A stretch of 64,000 nt of DNA. Source: Lama guanicoe. Taxonomy: Eukaryota. Shown in pieces: positions 1-12,912 of this stretch (positions are counted from its first letter, which is position 1; each line of letters starts with the position of its first letter). The position numbers and the translations under genes were made by a program. The notes beneath the pieces were generated by a model that was given only the letters and a program-made list of their open reading frames with translations, did not search any database and was not told the origin of the DNA. The DNA is taken from positions 4,606,399-4,670,398 of the forward strand of contig MU053934.1 of NCBI GenBank assembly GCA_013239625.1, read 5' to 3'.

Positions 1-289
1 CTAACTTTCTCTTTCTTGGCTGGACTCAGACTAAATGGCTGGACCTGAAACAGCCATCTTGGGCCATGTGGAGCTGTGTTGGTAGGACAGCAAGACGGTG
101 AATCACCATCACAGTCCTAGACTGCTTCCCTCTTCCCCTTTCTGAATATCACCTCTTCTCTATTAAGCCTTTTCTTCAACATTTAAATGGGCTCAAGTTT
201 TTCCCAATCTAAAATAAAAATCCTCCCTCAAACCTATGTTCCCTTCTCTTCCTCTTCCCACTCAACCAACCAAGAAGAACTCTAGGTCT

Positions 290-1310
290 TCATGTCTCCA
301 CTCCCCAGCCATTTGTCAACTCGCTGCATCTGGGTATCTGTCCTCCCATCCCATCCGAACTGTCTGGGCCAAGGGAACTGCTACACCTAGTGGACCTTCT
401 TTAGTTACCTTCTAACTACATCTCTCTAAAGCATATCATGTTGTTGCCCATGCCCTCCTCACCTTGGATTCTGTGCCACTCTGCTCCCCCCGCCTTTCCC
501 CCGCCCACTCTGTTGTCTTTCCCCCTCAGTCTCTGCTCTGAGCTCTAGTCCTCGCCTTCTAAGGACTGAGTTGACTTCTTTTCTTGCATGTCTCAAAAGC
601 ATCTCAAACTCAACATGTCCAAACTGAAAATTCTTTCTTCACACCTGTTCTTGCCAAAAATCTGGGGGAATCTTTGACACATGTCTTCCCACCATCCCCC
701 GCAACAAATCCATGGTCCAGTCCTGACAATTTCACCTCCTAAATAAAGTTCACCCACTGCCATCAGCTGACTCAAACCACTCTAGGGACTGTTGCCTAGA
801 ACTAGTACAACAGCCCCCTAACTCGTCTTCCTGTCTCCACTCCAGTCCTCTTCTAAACACCAATTTAGTACATGGAGGTCAAAGGGCTCTTTCTACCAGC
901 AGGACCACAATGGCTTGCTCAGAAGTCAACAACTTTCCTTTGTCCTCCAGATGCATAACTCAACACCAGCCTGGGGCTGGCAAGGTCAGAGCCTCCCCCT
1001 CCACCTCTGTTCGAGCCACAGTGGCCTTCTGTGACACGCATGCTTCTTGAACCCACGGCTCCCTTTCCTCACGCCTTATGCACTAGCTGTCCCTTCCTGC
1101 CCGACCCTGTTGCCAGTTACCTGCCACAATCCCCTGCCTGCCAAATCCATAAACTCTCTACCCAGCGTGTAGCATCACTCGAAATGACTTACGTATGTAA
1201 ATGTTGTCTTCCTCAATTAAAATGTTAGCTTTCTGAGGGCCTTTCTTGCATTCTGCTTCACCCCAAAGGGCCAGGCACAGTCACCCAATGAAATACTTTA
1301 GTGAATGAAT
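290..1310 (+). mobile_element. LINE-2 remnant(s)
   Basis: catctcaaactcaacatgtccaaactgaa and 3' end ccaggcacag...tgaatgaat typical of L2. Confidence 0.7.
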
Positions 1311-1479
1311 AATTCGCCCTCCCTCGCCCCCACAGTGCTCATAAAGTACCCTAATCCAGGGCCTTAGGAGCCCCACCTGAAAGGGATCCTGGAAAAAGCT
1401 CGCAAATAAAGATGGACAAGGGGCAACCACACAAGGAAGCCTTCCTTCTCTTTGTCGGCTCCAAGAGAAAAGGTGGAAG

Positions 1480-2060
1480 GAAGAGCGCACCTGCGCATTC
1501 GCTTCGCTACGGCCGCATCCCACTTCGGCCGTGGGGTGGCGCTGGGCGCATGTTCCCCGGAGGCGCGGTCCTCCCGGCCGACTTCAGGCCGCTCTAGCCG
1601 CCCTTCTCGCCTGCTCTGCTGGGAGGCGGGCGCGCCCACGGGGGTCCCTCCAAGATGGCGGCGCAGAGGAGGAGCCTGCTGCAGAGTGTGAGGAACCGAC
1701 CCACTCTCCGGGCTGGGGGTCGGGAGCCCCGGGCAGGGGTAGGGGGTGTCGGGTTCAGGCGCAGCTCCCTTTCCGCCTTTGGGCCGCCTCCCGGTCCCCG
1801 TCCCTGGCGGGGTGTGGCTGCCGCCCTCCCCTCTCCTGGGCCGGCCCCCTTCACCCCCGACCGCGGGCGCGTTTGGTCCTGCAAGGCCCGCGCGTGCGCG
1901 CTGCCGGCTGGTCCGTCAAGGGTTTGGATTCGCAGTCCTAGCGACCGCGAGGGTCAAGGGCGCGTGGAGGGTGGGAGCGTCCTGGAGCCGGCTGGGGCGA
2001 AGGCCCGCGGCAGCCGAGGGAGCCAAAGTAGCGAGCCCAACCCCGGCCGTGGTCGCGCGA
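1480..2060. promoter_or_regulatory. CpG-island promoter of TAB1
   Basis: Dense CpG/GC content around exon 1; no TATA box seen; YY1/TISU-type CAAGATGGCGGC at 1651-1662. Confidence 0.9.
1655..1687 (+). CDS. TAB1: TAB1 coding exon 1 (MAAQRRSLLQS)
   Basis: ATG in caagATGgcg context; donor GTGAGG at 1688, phase 0. Confidence 0.97.
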
Positions 2061-5000
2061 TAATAATCATCGCAGCAGCAGCCACTTGTGTATTGTTTAC
2101 TCTACCCCAGGCTTGTAAGTTTAATTTTCATAACAGCCCCGTTAGAAAGGTACTGTAATTCTTCCTGTTTTACAGATGAGGAAATTGAGGCACAGAGAGG
2201 TGGTCATTTGCCCAAGGCCACACAGCTGGTAAGTGGCAGAGGCAGGATTAAAATCAGGCATTTTGATTCCAGAAACCCTCTTAATTTCTAGGCTATACGG
2301 AAGGAATGACTGGAGTCTTGGCAGCCTGGGTTCTGGTCCTGGCTCTAACTCACTATCCCTCCATCGGCCTCAGTTTCCTTATCGGTTAGATAAAAGCAGG
2401 CAGGGGGAGGATTGTCTTGAGACGCACCCCAACCCCCAGTCTGGACCCTCAAGTGTTTGTCACTGGTGTCTTCCATCCCCTGCATCCTTCTGACACACAT
2501 GCACGTCAATGCACACGCATGTTGGCACCATGGACCTTTCTGGCCTGCCAGGGCAGGTCACTGGTCCCCTGTCACCTCCTTAGACCTGGCAGTCAGTTGT
2601 ACTTCTGTGGACTTGTCTCTCTCGTGTACTGAAAAGTGAACTCTTTGAAGAGAGGGACCTGTGATCTACAGTGAAAAGTATCACCAGACCTACCACCACT
2701 AGGTGCCGGACATTCAATTAATTGTTTGTAAAATAATGAGTAAAGCATTCAAGCCAGGTCCTGTGCTCAGCCTTGGCCTTACAAAGATGCAGCAGGCATT
2801 GGCCCTCTTGCCCCTAGGGGTCTTGAAGCATCGGAATTTCAGGCTAAGGGATGACCTTCAGTGCTGCAAACTAATGACAAGCTTTGTGTAGGTTTCTTCT
2901 AAAGTTGCTTTTCCAGGACAGCAATTCTCAGGTTTCCTGGGTGAGGATAGCTCTCTTCCTCTCCACACTTTTGGCTGCCCCTTTATTTGACTACTGCCTG
3001 GCAGGCTGGCCTTCTCATTGAGTTGGTTATGTAGGCCTGATCCTCTGCTTTGTAGGAGGCAGGGCCCCTGTGTAAATGTCCTCAGTGTGGTAAGCATTCC
3101 AGAAATACTGGCTGGATTGTGGTAAATGCTGTTTGTACAGATACCTGCTGTAGGCTGACTTGGCTTGCTGAGGAGTTTGGCTACCAGCTTCCCTCCCTTC
3201 TAGATGTGAGGGAGCCCAAGGGACTCGGGTTAAACGGAGGTGAGCTTTGCTAGCTCCAGAATGTGTTCCTGGGTGGTGTGAAATCTTTTAAGGTTGAACA
3301 GTTAGCTTTAAGCACATAGGATTTTGATAAAAGACAAAGGGACATCGGGGATGTTCACACTAGGCCCCTTCCACCCTAATGATGATCAAGATGTCTCTGC
3401 TCACAGGGTGTCCCAAGTGTCCATGTGATGTACTGGGCTTGCTGACCTGCCCTCCACTGTCCTGAGTCTGGTGAGGGTAGCTCAAACACCATCATTCAGC
3501 AGGACTGTGAGGGCTGCTGTTCTGTAATTACTGGGCCTGGGGATACGAAGGTAAACAAGGCTGGTGTCCACCCTCACGGCATTTGCAGTCTTACTTGGGA
3601 GAAGGAGCCATATATCACTAATACGATGTGGAAGGCACTCTAATGTCAATGTTTTGAGGGACTGCAGGTGGCCTAATTTGACCAGGTTGGTGGAGGCTTG
3701 TAGGAAGGGCTGGGGATCTGCTGACATGGTGCTGGGAGGGATTGCCAGGGCCAAGGTGGCAGAGCACTTCGGGGAGTGTCATCCTGAGGAGTTTCACCTC
3801 TGGTCCCCAGGCAGTGTAGTACCTTAAAAGGTCTTTTGAAGAAAATATGAGCTTTTTAAGTAGGTTCAAAAGAACTTGGGCCCTTCACAGCCTGCTGAAA
3901 CAGTTCATAAAGTCTCATGTGGCCTTGGGCTAGTCACTTAGCATCCCTGAACCTTGGTTTCCCCAGCTGAGGACTCCTAGGAGTGTTGTATTAAATGAAT
4001 ACGTTACCCTTCTAGCCTGGTGTGGTTACTCTCCAGCCATGAAGTTCAGTTTTGCTGTAGATGAGTGCCTACAGTTCACTGCCTCAAATGTCACTGAGCA
4101 CTCAGTCTGTGTAAGTGCAAGGGACCCTGCCCTCATGAAGCTTATGTTCTAGTAAGGGAGACAGTAAACAACGAGTAAGTCTGGGTTATATATGATATAA
4201 TAATATCTAGAATATAACATAGATGGTGCTATGAGGAGGACTGGGCAGGATTAAAAGACAGAATGGTGGAGGGACAGTTTTAGACAGAGGGGAAGACCAT
4301 TTTAACATTTGATGGGATATGGAAGGGAATATTCCTGCTCAAGGGAAAAGAGATGCAAAGTCTTGCCTGTTCAGGGAACATCAGGGAGGCAGCATGGCTG
4401 GAGCGGAGGGCACTGGGGCAGTGGCAGTAGCCAAGGTCCAGTAGAGCGTGGTGGACCCTGATGCGAACTTTGGATTCTTCTCTAAGTGTGCTGTGAAACT
4501 CTCAGGTGGGTTTGAGTAGAGGCATGAAGTGCTCTGACTTGTGACTGGAGAGGAGTTTGAGTGGTGAGAGTGGAAGCTTGGGACCTGCTGAGTGGTGCTG
4601 CCAGTTGTCCATGTGTGAGGTGACAGAGGCTTGGCCAGAGTGATGGCAGAAGAGTGGTGAGAAGTACCTGGCCGTATTTTGGGGGAAGAAGTGATATGAT
4701 TTGCTTACAGATCAGATGTGGGGGGTGTGGCAGAAGCAGGAGAGTCAAGAAGGACTACAAGGTTTGGTTGGAACACAGTGATGCCATTTACCGAGATGGG
4801 GAACCCTGGGGGAGGACCACCCTGGGGTCAGGAAGAATCAAGACTTAATTTTGCCTAAACTGTTTTTAATTATTTTTTTCTAAGTCAACTTGAAATCAGA
4901 TTTTTCCCAAGCAATTATATCTATGAAATCACAGGTCCTAGCTATATATTTTTTTCCTAATGTATATTAAAATAAACACATACCCTTAAAATAAAAACCT

Positions 5001-8000
5001 CCTTTAGACCATCCCTGTAACCATCTCATTCACTGTCAGGATGTGGCCCAGCTGCTCTAGCACAGTCAGCGCCCCACAATTATTAGTAGCCCCTTTAAGA
5101 ATGTATTAGGACTATATTTGTGATGAAAACATAAAGAACCTTTGATGGAAACCCTAGTGAAAGAGGTGGGGGCCAGGAGTGGAGTTGCTCCCAGAGAAGC
5201 AAGGAAGGAAAAGGGGGTCATTCAGAAAGACAGAGATGGCAGGAGGTGTCAGGGTGTTTTAAGCTTTTCGGAGAAAAAGAACTGCCCCCCACCCTAAGCC
5301 ATCTTCCTGGGGGCATTTTTCTCCCTTTCTGAGCTTCCTTTTTGCCTTTGAGGAATCCGGGTGCTTTCGGCACAAAAACACTCAGCCTTTTCATACTATA
5401 ATTTGATATTCAAGCTGTAGCCTGAACTTGAAATCATGCTTTTGTCCACTTCTGCTGCCCAGGAGTTTGAGATGAGTCTCTGGGGACTTTTATGGGCTAT
5501 TTTTATGTGATGTGGTCACATATGTACATGAGGTGCTAATGCTTAAGTATATGTGCATAAGGTGTAATGCCCTTAATGGGTTAAATACAGTTGAATCACA
5601 GAGAAACTTTATACCAAAATATGAATTTTGGAAACTCCCTCACACAATCAAGTCAAAATTAGACTTTTTGAAACAGATTCTATTTTACCGTATTTTGTGT
5701 TAAATTTCTTGTGAGGAATTAATTTGTAAGCCATCAATGAGTTAAAGTGGTCCGTGCTCACCGCTGTCTGTAGTTACGAGGCTGTGCTGAGTGCGAGACG
5801 CTCCCTTCTCAGCTTCCCGGCTGACTCGTGTTCAGGGCGCTCAAGCTGCTGGTGCTGTGGGCCCGCATCTGTGGGCAAGGGAGAGAGGATGCATCAGTAT
5901 GTGCAGGGGTGGAGGGGTGGGCGGTTTCTGTGAATAGAAAATACATGACCTTTCCGAAAATTGCTCAGAAATGTGGAGGAAGGAGGCAAGAGGGTTGGCA
6001 GTCTGGTGGGTTTTAATAGAATGAGTAGTGAATGCTTGTTATGGCTAATCCCCAACGGAGGTGGGGAGAAGTGGGAGAACACAGGTGAAGCTCACCTGCC
6101 CACAGCAGTGTGAGAGGGCTTTGGGGCCCCCGCAGAAATCAGGGAGGACCAGATGCTCTCCCACACAGGTAGCACCTCCTGGAATTCTCTGGCCGCTTGT
6201 TACTGAATGTTTGAGCTGCTGTGGGGACAACATCCTAGGCCGTCCGGCCATTGAAGGAGCGCTCCTGAGTATATGAGAAGTCGCTCGTATGTCATTGGAC
6301 TTAAGACACTATTGATTACAAGGACACATCACTATTTTCTATACTACTAAGAAAGAAAGTGCACTGCTAATTAACTTGTAACTTACCAACTTCAGAGATA
6401 TTAAAAATGTTGAAAATACATATCTTTGAATCAGTGAACTAAAGTACCCAATTAATATCAGGCTGCCACCTGAGAGTTGCCACAAGGCCAAATGGTTAAT
6501 GGCCAGGGAACTGGTGCACAGTGAGGCCATGGGGATGGGTTTCTCATGGAAGGACTCCATGGCCTTGGGCAGTATTTTTGCAGAGCCTGGGACATATACA
6601 GTGAGGTGGTGGGTGGGTACCTGTGTAAACCTCATCATTATATGTGGAGGTTATTTGTTTTTTAGTTACCTTTTGAACTTTCTGATGTAGACTTGGTTTG
6701 GTCCTAGTGTGTTCGTAACACCTTTCTGATTCTTGCTAATCTACCTTTTTTCAACAGTTCAGAGGGCAGCAGGCCATGGGTTCAGCTAGAATTTAATAGC
6801 CTTGTTTTGTTTTCCTTCCTTATTACCTTCAAGATTTTGCAGGTAATAATGGTTTTCCACTTACAGTACTGAAAAGGTTACATTCAAAATGAAATCATTT
6901 GAATGAAAGAAAAAAGTGGGAGATGAAAGAAAAAACATGAAGTGGGTAACTTGTTGAAGATGGTGAGTGGAGGTTGGCACGGTTTGGGAGACATGGGGCT
7001 CTGGCACCAGTTGGATTTGAGCAGGGCCTTTACTGGTAGATAGGATTTGGAAATACAGAAAGGGGGAGGCCTTGCCTCACCATGGGTACTTTTTAATACG
7101 GTTTTTGGGTAATTTTTCTTATTTCTTCTTTCTTTATTTAAATAGCAAGCCAAGTCAGATTGGCTAGACACTTAGTGTTTAAAGAGTGCCAGTGTGAAAT
7201 AAGAACTTTGCTCAGCAAGGTTCATGTATATAAATAGTTGGTTTGTTTTAAAATGTGTTCTTGTTTCTGTGACTGTGCCCCTAAGGTCAGTAGCCTCTTC
7301 ACTCAGGGCTCCAAAAATACATATGGCTTTTCAAGTATAATAGACCTTTGGTGGAGGTGTTACTTCCCTCCTGTGTTTGGCACGGACACCTCCTGTCAGA
7401 AGTGGGTTAGCTTCCCACACTTTTTGTTCTGGTCACAGTTTTTTAGAAATGATTTGAGAACACTGTATAGCAGGCCTTATCTGTACAAGATAGACAGCTG
7501 AGTGAGATTGTTAATCTGTCAAAGGGTGAGATTCAAAACTATGTCAACAGACTGGAAGGCTGAGATGAAAGCATTAAGATATAATCCAACTGATACAAAT
7601 TTAGGTTTAAAAAAAGCCTCTACAGGAGTGTGCTTGTGGGGGACTGACTCAAGTGAACTTCAGAGGAAAAAGACTTTGTCATTTTAGTTGACAGTATGTA
7701 GGAATTTTCACTTGGAGACTAGATGCCCGTCTTTTCTTTAGATATATGAAGGCTATTGACTTTTTGTGTTGATTTTCTATCCTGCCCCTTACTTATTTAC
7801 TTCATTTGAGTTAGTTTTATCATTTATGGTTTCTAGGTACTATAAGATCAGCTGCAAATAGAGATAACTGTACTTCTTTTCCAATTCTTAGGTTCCTTCT
7901 TTTCTCTTGTCTGATTGCATGGGCAAACACCTCTAGTTCATTAAGTAATGGAGATTGCAGGTATCCTTGCTGTATTCCTGATTCTTAATGCGAATGCCTC

Positions 8001-11000
8001 TTGTGTTTCCCCACTGAGGAAGATGCTGGTATTAGGACCCACTGAAGTATACATATAATGGTACTTTAAGAAAATCTCCATCAATTACTGTTTCCTTAAG
8101 TGTTTTTTTGTTTGTTTGTTTTTTTCCAATCAGGAATAGGCAAAGACAGCCCTTAAATGAATATAGCTCTGGAGTCGTTATCCGTTGACCTGAACACTGA
8201 TTGCCAGTCAGTTAATAAAATAATACATTTCCAAAATATTACTAGCTCAACAGTGTGAAAATCAAATTTCATAAAAAGCACTTAATGTTGTAGAAGTATC
8301 CAGAATTAGCCGTAAATACTTTCTGAAGAACGTGGTGCTTGTCAGGTAGATTGACCACTGTTGGACACAGTTGTGCTGGTTTTGGGGAGCTTGCTGTCCT
8401 CACATCAGCCAGATAGGGCTGCAGCGGTCAGTGCAGTATCAGCCACTGCCGGGAGCCACGTCGTGAGCTCCCACCGTGAAGTGCTGTTAGGTGAATTGTT
8501 CCTCTGCCACCACACCCTGACGTGGCAGTTCCTCAGTCATCCATTTGAGTTTGTTTTCTTCCTTGTGAAAGATTAACTTACTAGTCTTTTTCATAGTGTA
8601 TCTCTCACTGTTGTGTGGGATACTTGGTTAGTTGCTTGGTTAATATTTATTCTTTCTGGAAAGTATGAATTTGTTGGAAAGATTCAAGTCCCTGTAAGCC
8701 TGTCTCTGTCCCCTTGTGGGAGTTGGATAACGGCAGGGGAGGCACTGTGATTGCAGCATCAATGACAGGCATTGCGTCATAGGCAACACATTGTTGTTCA
8801 TCTCATATTAGAGGATGAGTTCAGTCCGTCTTAACCTCAGCTTACTTACAGATGGGATTCTAGAAAGTATTGATGTCTTCTCTTCCCATGCTTTAAAACA
8901 ACGGTGGCATTTTGGGATGCTGAATATTGGCTTCTTAGCCCATCTTTTCAGGAGGACAAGGGACACTCCTGACTGAGGAGATGCTTTTGTGCTCCTGTTT
9001 AATCTTATGCTTAATTTCATCCCCATTGGAGGCAGGAGACAGACTCTAGAAAAAGGAGTTTATGTTGGAAATTTACTTGCCAGGTTGCCTGAGACCTCTG
9101 TGAGGTCCTTGGTGATGCAGATATATTAATCAGATCTAAGACATAGGGGATGATTCATGACATCTGTTCCTTGAAAAATAATTAATTCCTTGGCAATGAA
9201 CTCCTTTTTCTGGCCTAAAAGGCCTTACACTGCTCCACCTAGGCACACATGTGCATGCATGTGTGTGAACACAGTAGCAAGCCACTTTCCCTGCTACTTA
9301 TTACAGAGGCGACGCCAGCTTCATGCTTCCTTAAACCTAACACATTTTATTTTCTACCTCAGGATCTTTGCATATGCTGGTCACTCTGCCTGGAAGTCTC
9401 CTTTCCCACTTTCTGAAAGGGCCACCGCTCCATTGCCATTTCAGTTCTGTCTCAGAGGTCATCTTCCCAGAGAGGCTTCTTCTGACCACCTTATCTAAGA
9501 GAGCCCTCCCCATCACTCTCGGTCCTCTTACCTGATATATTTTCTTCATAGCACACTTCCCTGTCTAAATGGGCTTCGTTTATTTATTGTATTACATGTT
9601 TGAAGTCTCTCTCCCTAGAAAGGAAATTTCAAACAAGGACCCTCTTCTGTTTTCTCCGCTGTGTCTGCAGCACCTGGAGTAATGCCAGCTTGTTGTAAAT
9701 GTTCAGTAAATATTTGTTGAGTGAAAATATGTGTTAATCAAATATATTCTAATCGCATAATGTTGTATGTGGATTCCAAGACTCAAGTTCGCACTTATAT
9801 TAAGAGAGACATTTTTGTTGCTTTAAAATGAGACAGGTTAAGCTTAGAACTAGAAACGATTTTGTGTTACTATGAAGCAGTTTTTTCGTTTGTTTTATTT
9901 CTCTGTAGCTTGACCTGAAAGTATTCAATGCCGAGTGTCACCAAGAGCTGAGCAGAATTTCAGCTCTTATTGCTGTTCCTTTTCCATTAGTAGGTTTCAG
10001 TCATATTTTCTGTTTTCAAAGGCTAGTAGTAGGCATTGGTAGCTTTTTAGCCTTTGTGGTAAAATTATGTGAATTTTTAAAAAAGTCCTATAAAGAAGAC
10101 ACAAGGACATTTAAAGATATACCATTGGATAGATTGCAAGATTCAGTGTAATAAAGATGTCACATCTCAAATTGATCTATAGATTTTTTTTATTGAGTTA
10201 TAGTCAGTTTACAATGTGTCAATTTCCAATGTAGAGCACAATTTTTCATTTATTCATGAACATACATATATTCATTGTTGCATTCTTTTTCACTGTGAGA
10301 TACCACAAGGTCTTGTATATATTTCCCTGTGCTATACAGTTTAGTCTTGTTTATCTATTCTACATATGCCTGTCAGCATCTACAAATCAATCTATAGATT
10401 TAAAACAATCCCAATCAAAATCCCAGCAAGATTTTTTTTTGTAAATACAGGAAAGCTGATTGTAAAATTTACATGGAAAGGCAAAGGAACTAGAATAGCC
10501 AAAACAGTTTGAAGAAGAATAAAGTTATAGGCATCACACTAACCAAGTTTATAATGTAGATTTTAAGTACAGATTTATAAAGCTATGGTAGTCAAGAGGA
10601 TGGAGCTGGTGGGGGGATAGACACATAAGTCTGTGGACTAGAAGACAGTCCAGAAATAGCCACACACAGGTATGGCCGGTTAATTTTTGACAAAGGTGCA
10701 AAGGTAATTCAATGGAGAAAGGATAATCTTTTCAACAAATAGTATTGAAACAATTGGTTACCCACATGCAAAAAAAAAAGACGTAAACCTCCTACCTTGT
10801 ATAGAAATTAACTCAAAATGGATCACATGTCTAAATGTAAAGTGTAAAACTATAACACTTTTAGAAGAAAACTGAGTATCTCTTGACCTGGTGCTGCGCA
10901 GAGTTCTTAGACATGACATTAGTACTATGAACCATGAAAGAGAAAAATTGATTAAATGAATTTCATCAAAACTAAAAACTTTTGCTCTTCAAAAACCACC

Positions 11001-12877
11001 TGTAAGTGAATGAAATAGTAAGCTACAGCTGGGGAAAATATTTGCAAATCACATATGCAACAAAGGAATTTTATCCAAAATATACAAAGAACTCTCAAAA
11101 CTCAACAGTTAAGCAAACAGACAACACAGTTAAAACATGGTCATGACTCTTAAACAAACACTCTACCAGAGAGAATATGTGGATGGCAAATAAGCACATG
11201 AAAAGATGCTCAGCATCATTATTAGCCACTAAGGAAATGCAGATTAAAGCTGTGATGAGCTATCACTACACACTTAGAATATCTAAATTAAAAAAATAAG
11301 TACCATGTAGAGGTGACAGTGTGGAGCCACTGGAACTCTTGTGCGTTACCTGTGGGACTGCAGATGGTACACCACTTTGGAGTATAGTTTGGCAGTTTCT
11401 TATAAAGTTAAAAAGCAGTCTCAGTCCTAGGTATTTATCCTAGAGATATGAAAAGTTATATTCACACAGAAACCTGCCCGTGAGTGTTTATAACAACTTT
11501 CTTCATAATTACCCAAAACTGGAAACAGCCCAAATGCCTTCAGTGGACGAATGGATAAACTGTACTGCATCCATGCAGTGGAATACTGCTCTTCAATAAA
11601 AAGGGACAGCTGTTGATGCAGGTACCAACTTGGATGGATCTCAGAGGCGTAATGCTGAGTAAAAGAAGCCCAGTCTCGAAAGGTTATGTGCTTAAAGACC
11701 TAGACTGTAGTTGTGGTTGCCAGGGGGTGGAAGGAGGGGAGAACGGGGAGTCACTGTTTAATAGGTATAGAGTTTCAGTTTTACAAGATGAAAAGAGTTA
11801 TGGGGATGGATGATAGTGAAGACCACAGAACACTGTATTTAATACCATTAAAATGTACACTTAAAAATGCTTAAGATAAATTTTATGTTATATGTGTTAA
11901 CCACAATCAAAAGGGAAAAAAATTTTAAAAAGAAAAAAAAAAGTCAAGAGATACCATTCCTTTGAAATTACTTAGTAAGTACTATTGAAGAGAATTATTT
12001 GAAATAGTTATATTTTAGGATCACAAATATTTTCTTTCTGAAGTTTTCTACTGAGATGTTACTTAGTGCTGTCTTCTTTCTAACAGGTGATTTGATGAAG
12101 ATATTAAAACTAGAAATTGGAACTAAAAAAACAGGTTGGCAGGGGAAGGTTAGGCACTGCATAATTTCATTTATGGCATTCTTGAGAAGACAGTATAGTG
12201 ATGCAACACAGGTCAGTGGTCACCAGGAGTTAGGGGAGGGTGTGGCTACGAAGGGGCAACATGAGGGCCTGCTTTGGGGTGATGGGCTTTTCTGTATCTT
12301 GATTGTGGTGGTAGTTACACAGATCTCTCCAAGTGTCAAAATTCATAGGCCTGCACACCACAAAGTTAATGTTACTATACGTTAGTTTGAGAATAAACTT
12401 CCACACCCTGCCGAAATTGCTCCAGGGTGTGAAGCACAAAACTAAAGCTCTGGAATAAATGCAGCACAAAAGCAATTAAAATGGGGGAAAAAAGCCATAA
12501 AGTCATTCTCTGTCAGTATGTAAATAAACAGAAGGTGAAGTTTGCCGCAAAAGCTAACCACAGGCTTTTTACATATCTGATTGCAAAAGCCTGTTGAAGT
12601 GGTTTTCACATCCTTTTTTGAAGCCTTTTACTGCTAACTTGTAAGCTGTGGTGCAGTATTTGTGCTTGTTTACTATTTCAGTAAAGCTTTCAATCCAAAT
12701 TTTACTCTCATTGCAGTTGAACTAAAGTTTTCCCAGTTTTATTTTGCTCTAGTTCAACATGGGGAGCCTGGGGAGCCTTTGTGCACCAGACACGAGTCTT
12801 AGGTGGGGGCTTGGTGTAGGGGAGACTTTCACTAAAAGGTGATGGCTCACACTTGGGGCTTAGAAAATGCAGGTGCT

Positions 12878-12912
<35 letters not shown>

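Larger units (their letters stand above)
10085..12398 (+). mobile_element. Old L1 (L1MC/MD-like) ORF2 3' part and 3' UTR, interrupted by two nested insertions
   Basis: L1 motifs atcccaatcaaaatcccagca, tttttgacaaaggtgcaaagg, gcacatgaaaagatgctcagcatcatta, gaatggataaac; 3' end near 12398. Confidence 0.85.

Noticed and set aside
1688..2158. 167-aa ORF continuing from the TAB1 ATG
   Set aside because: Read-through past the exon 1 donor into a GC-rich intron and MIR
8280..9040. Non-repetitive-looking intronic DNA as a processed pseudogene or RTE fragment
   Set aside because: Only a few residues of vague similarity; no recognisable protein, poly-A or TSD
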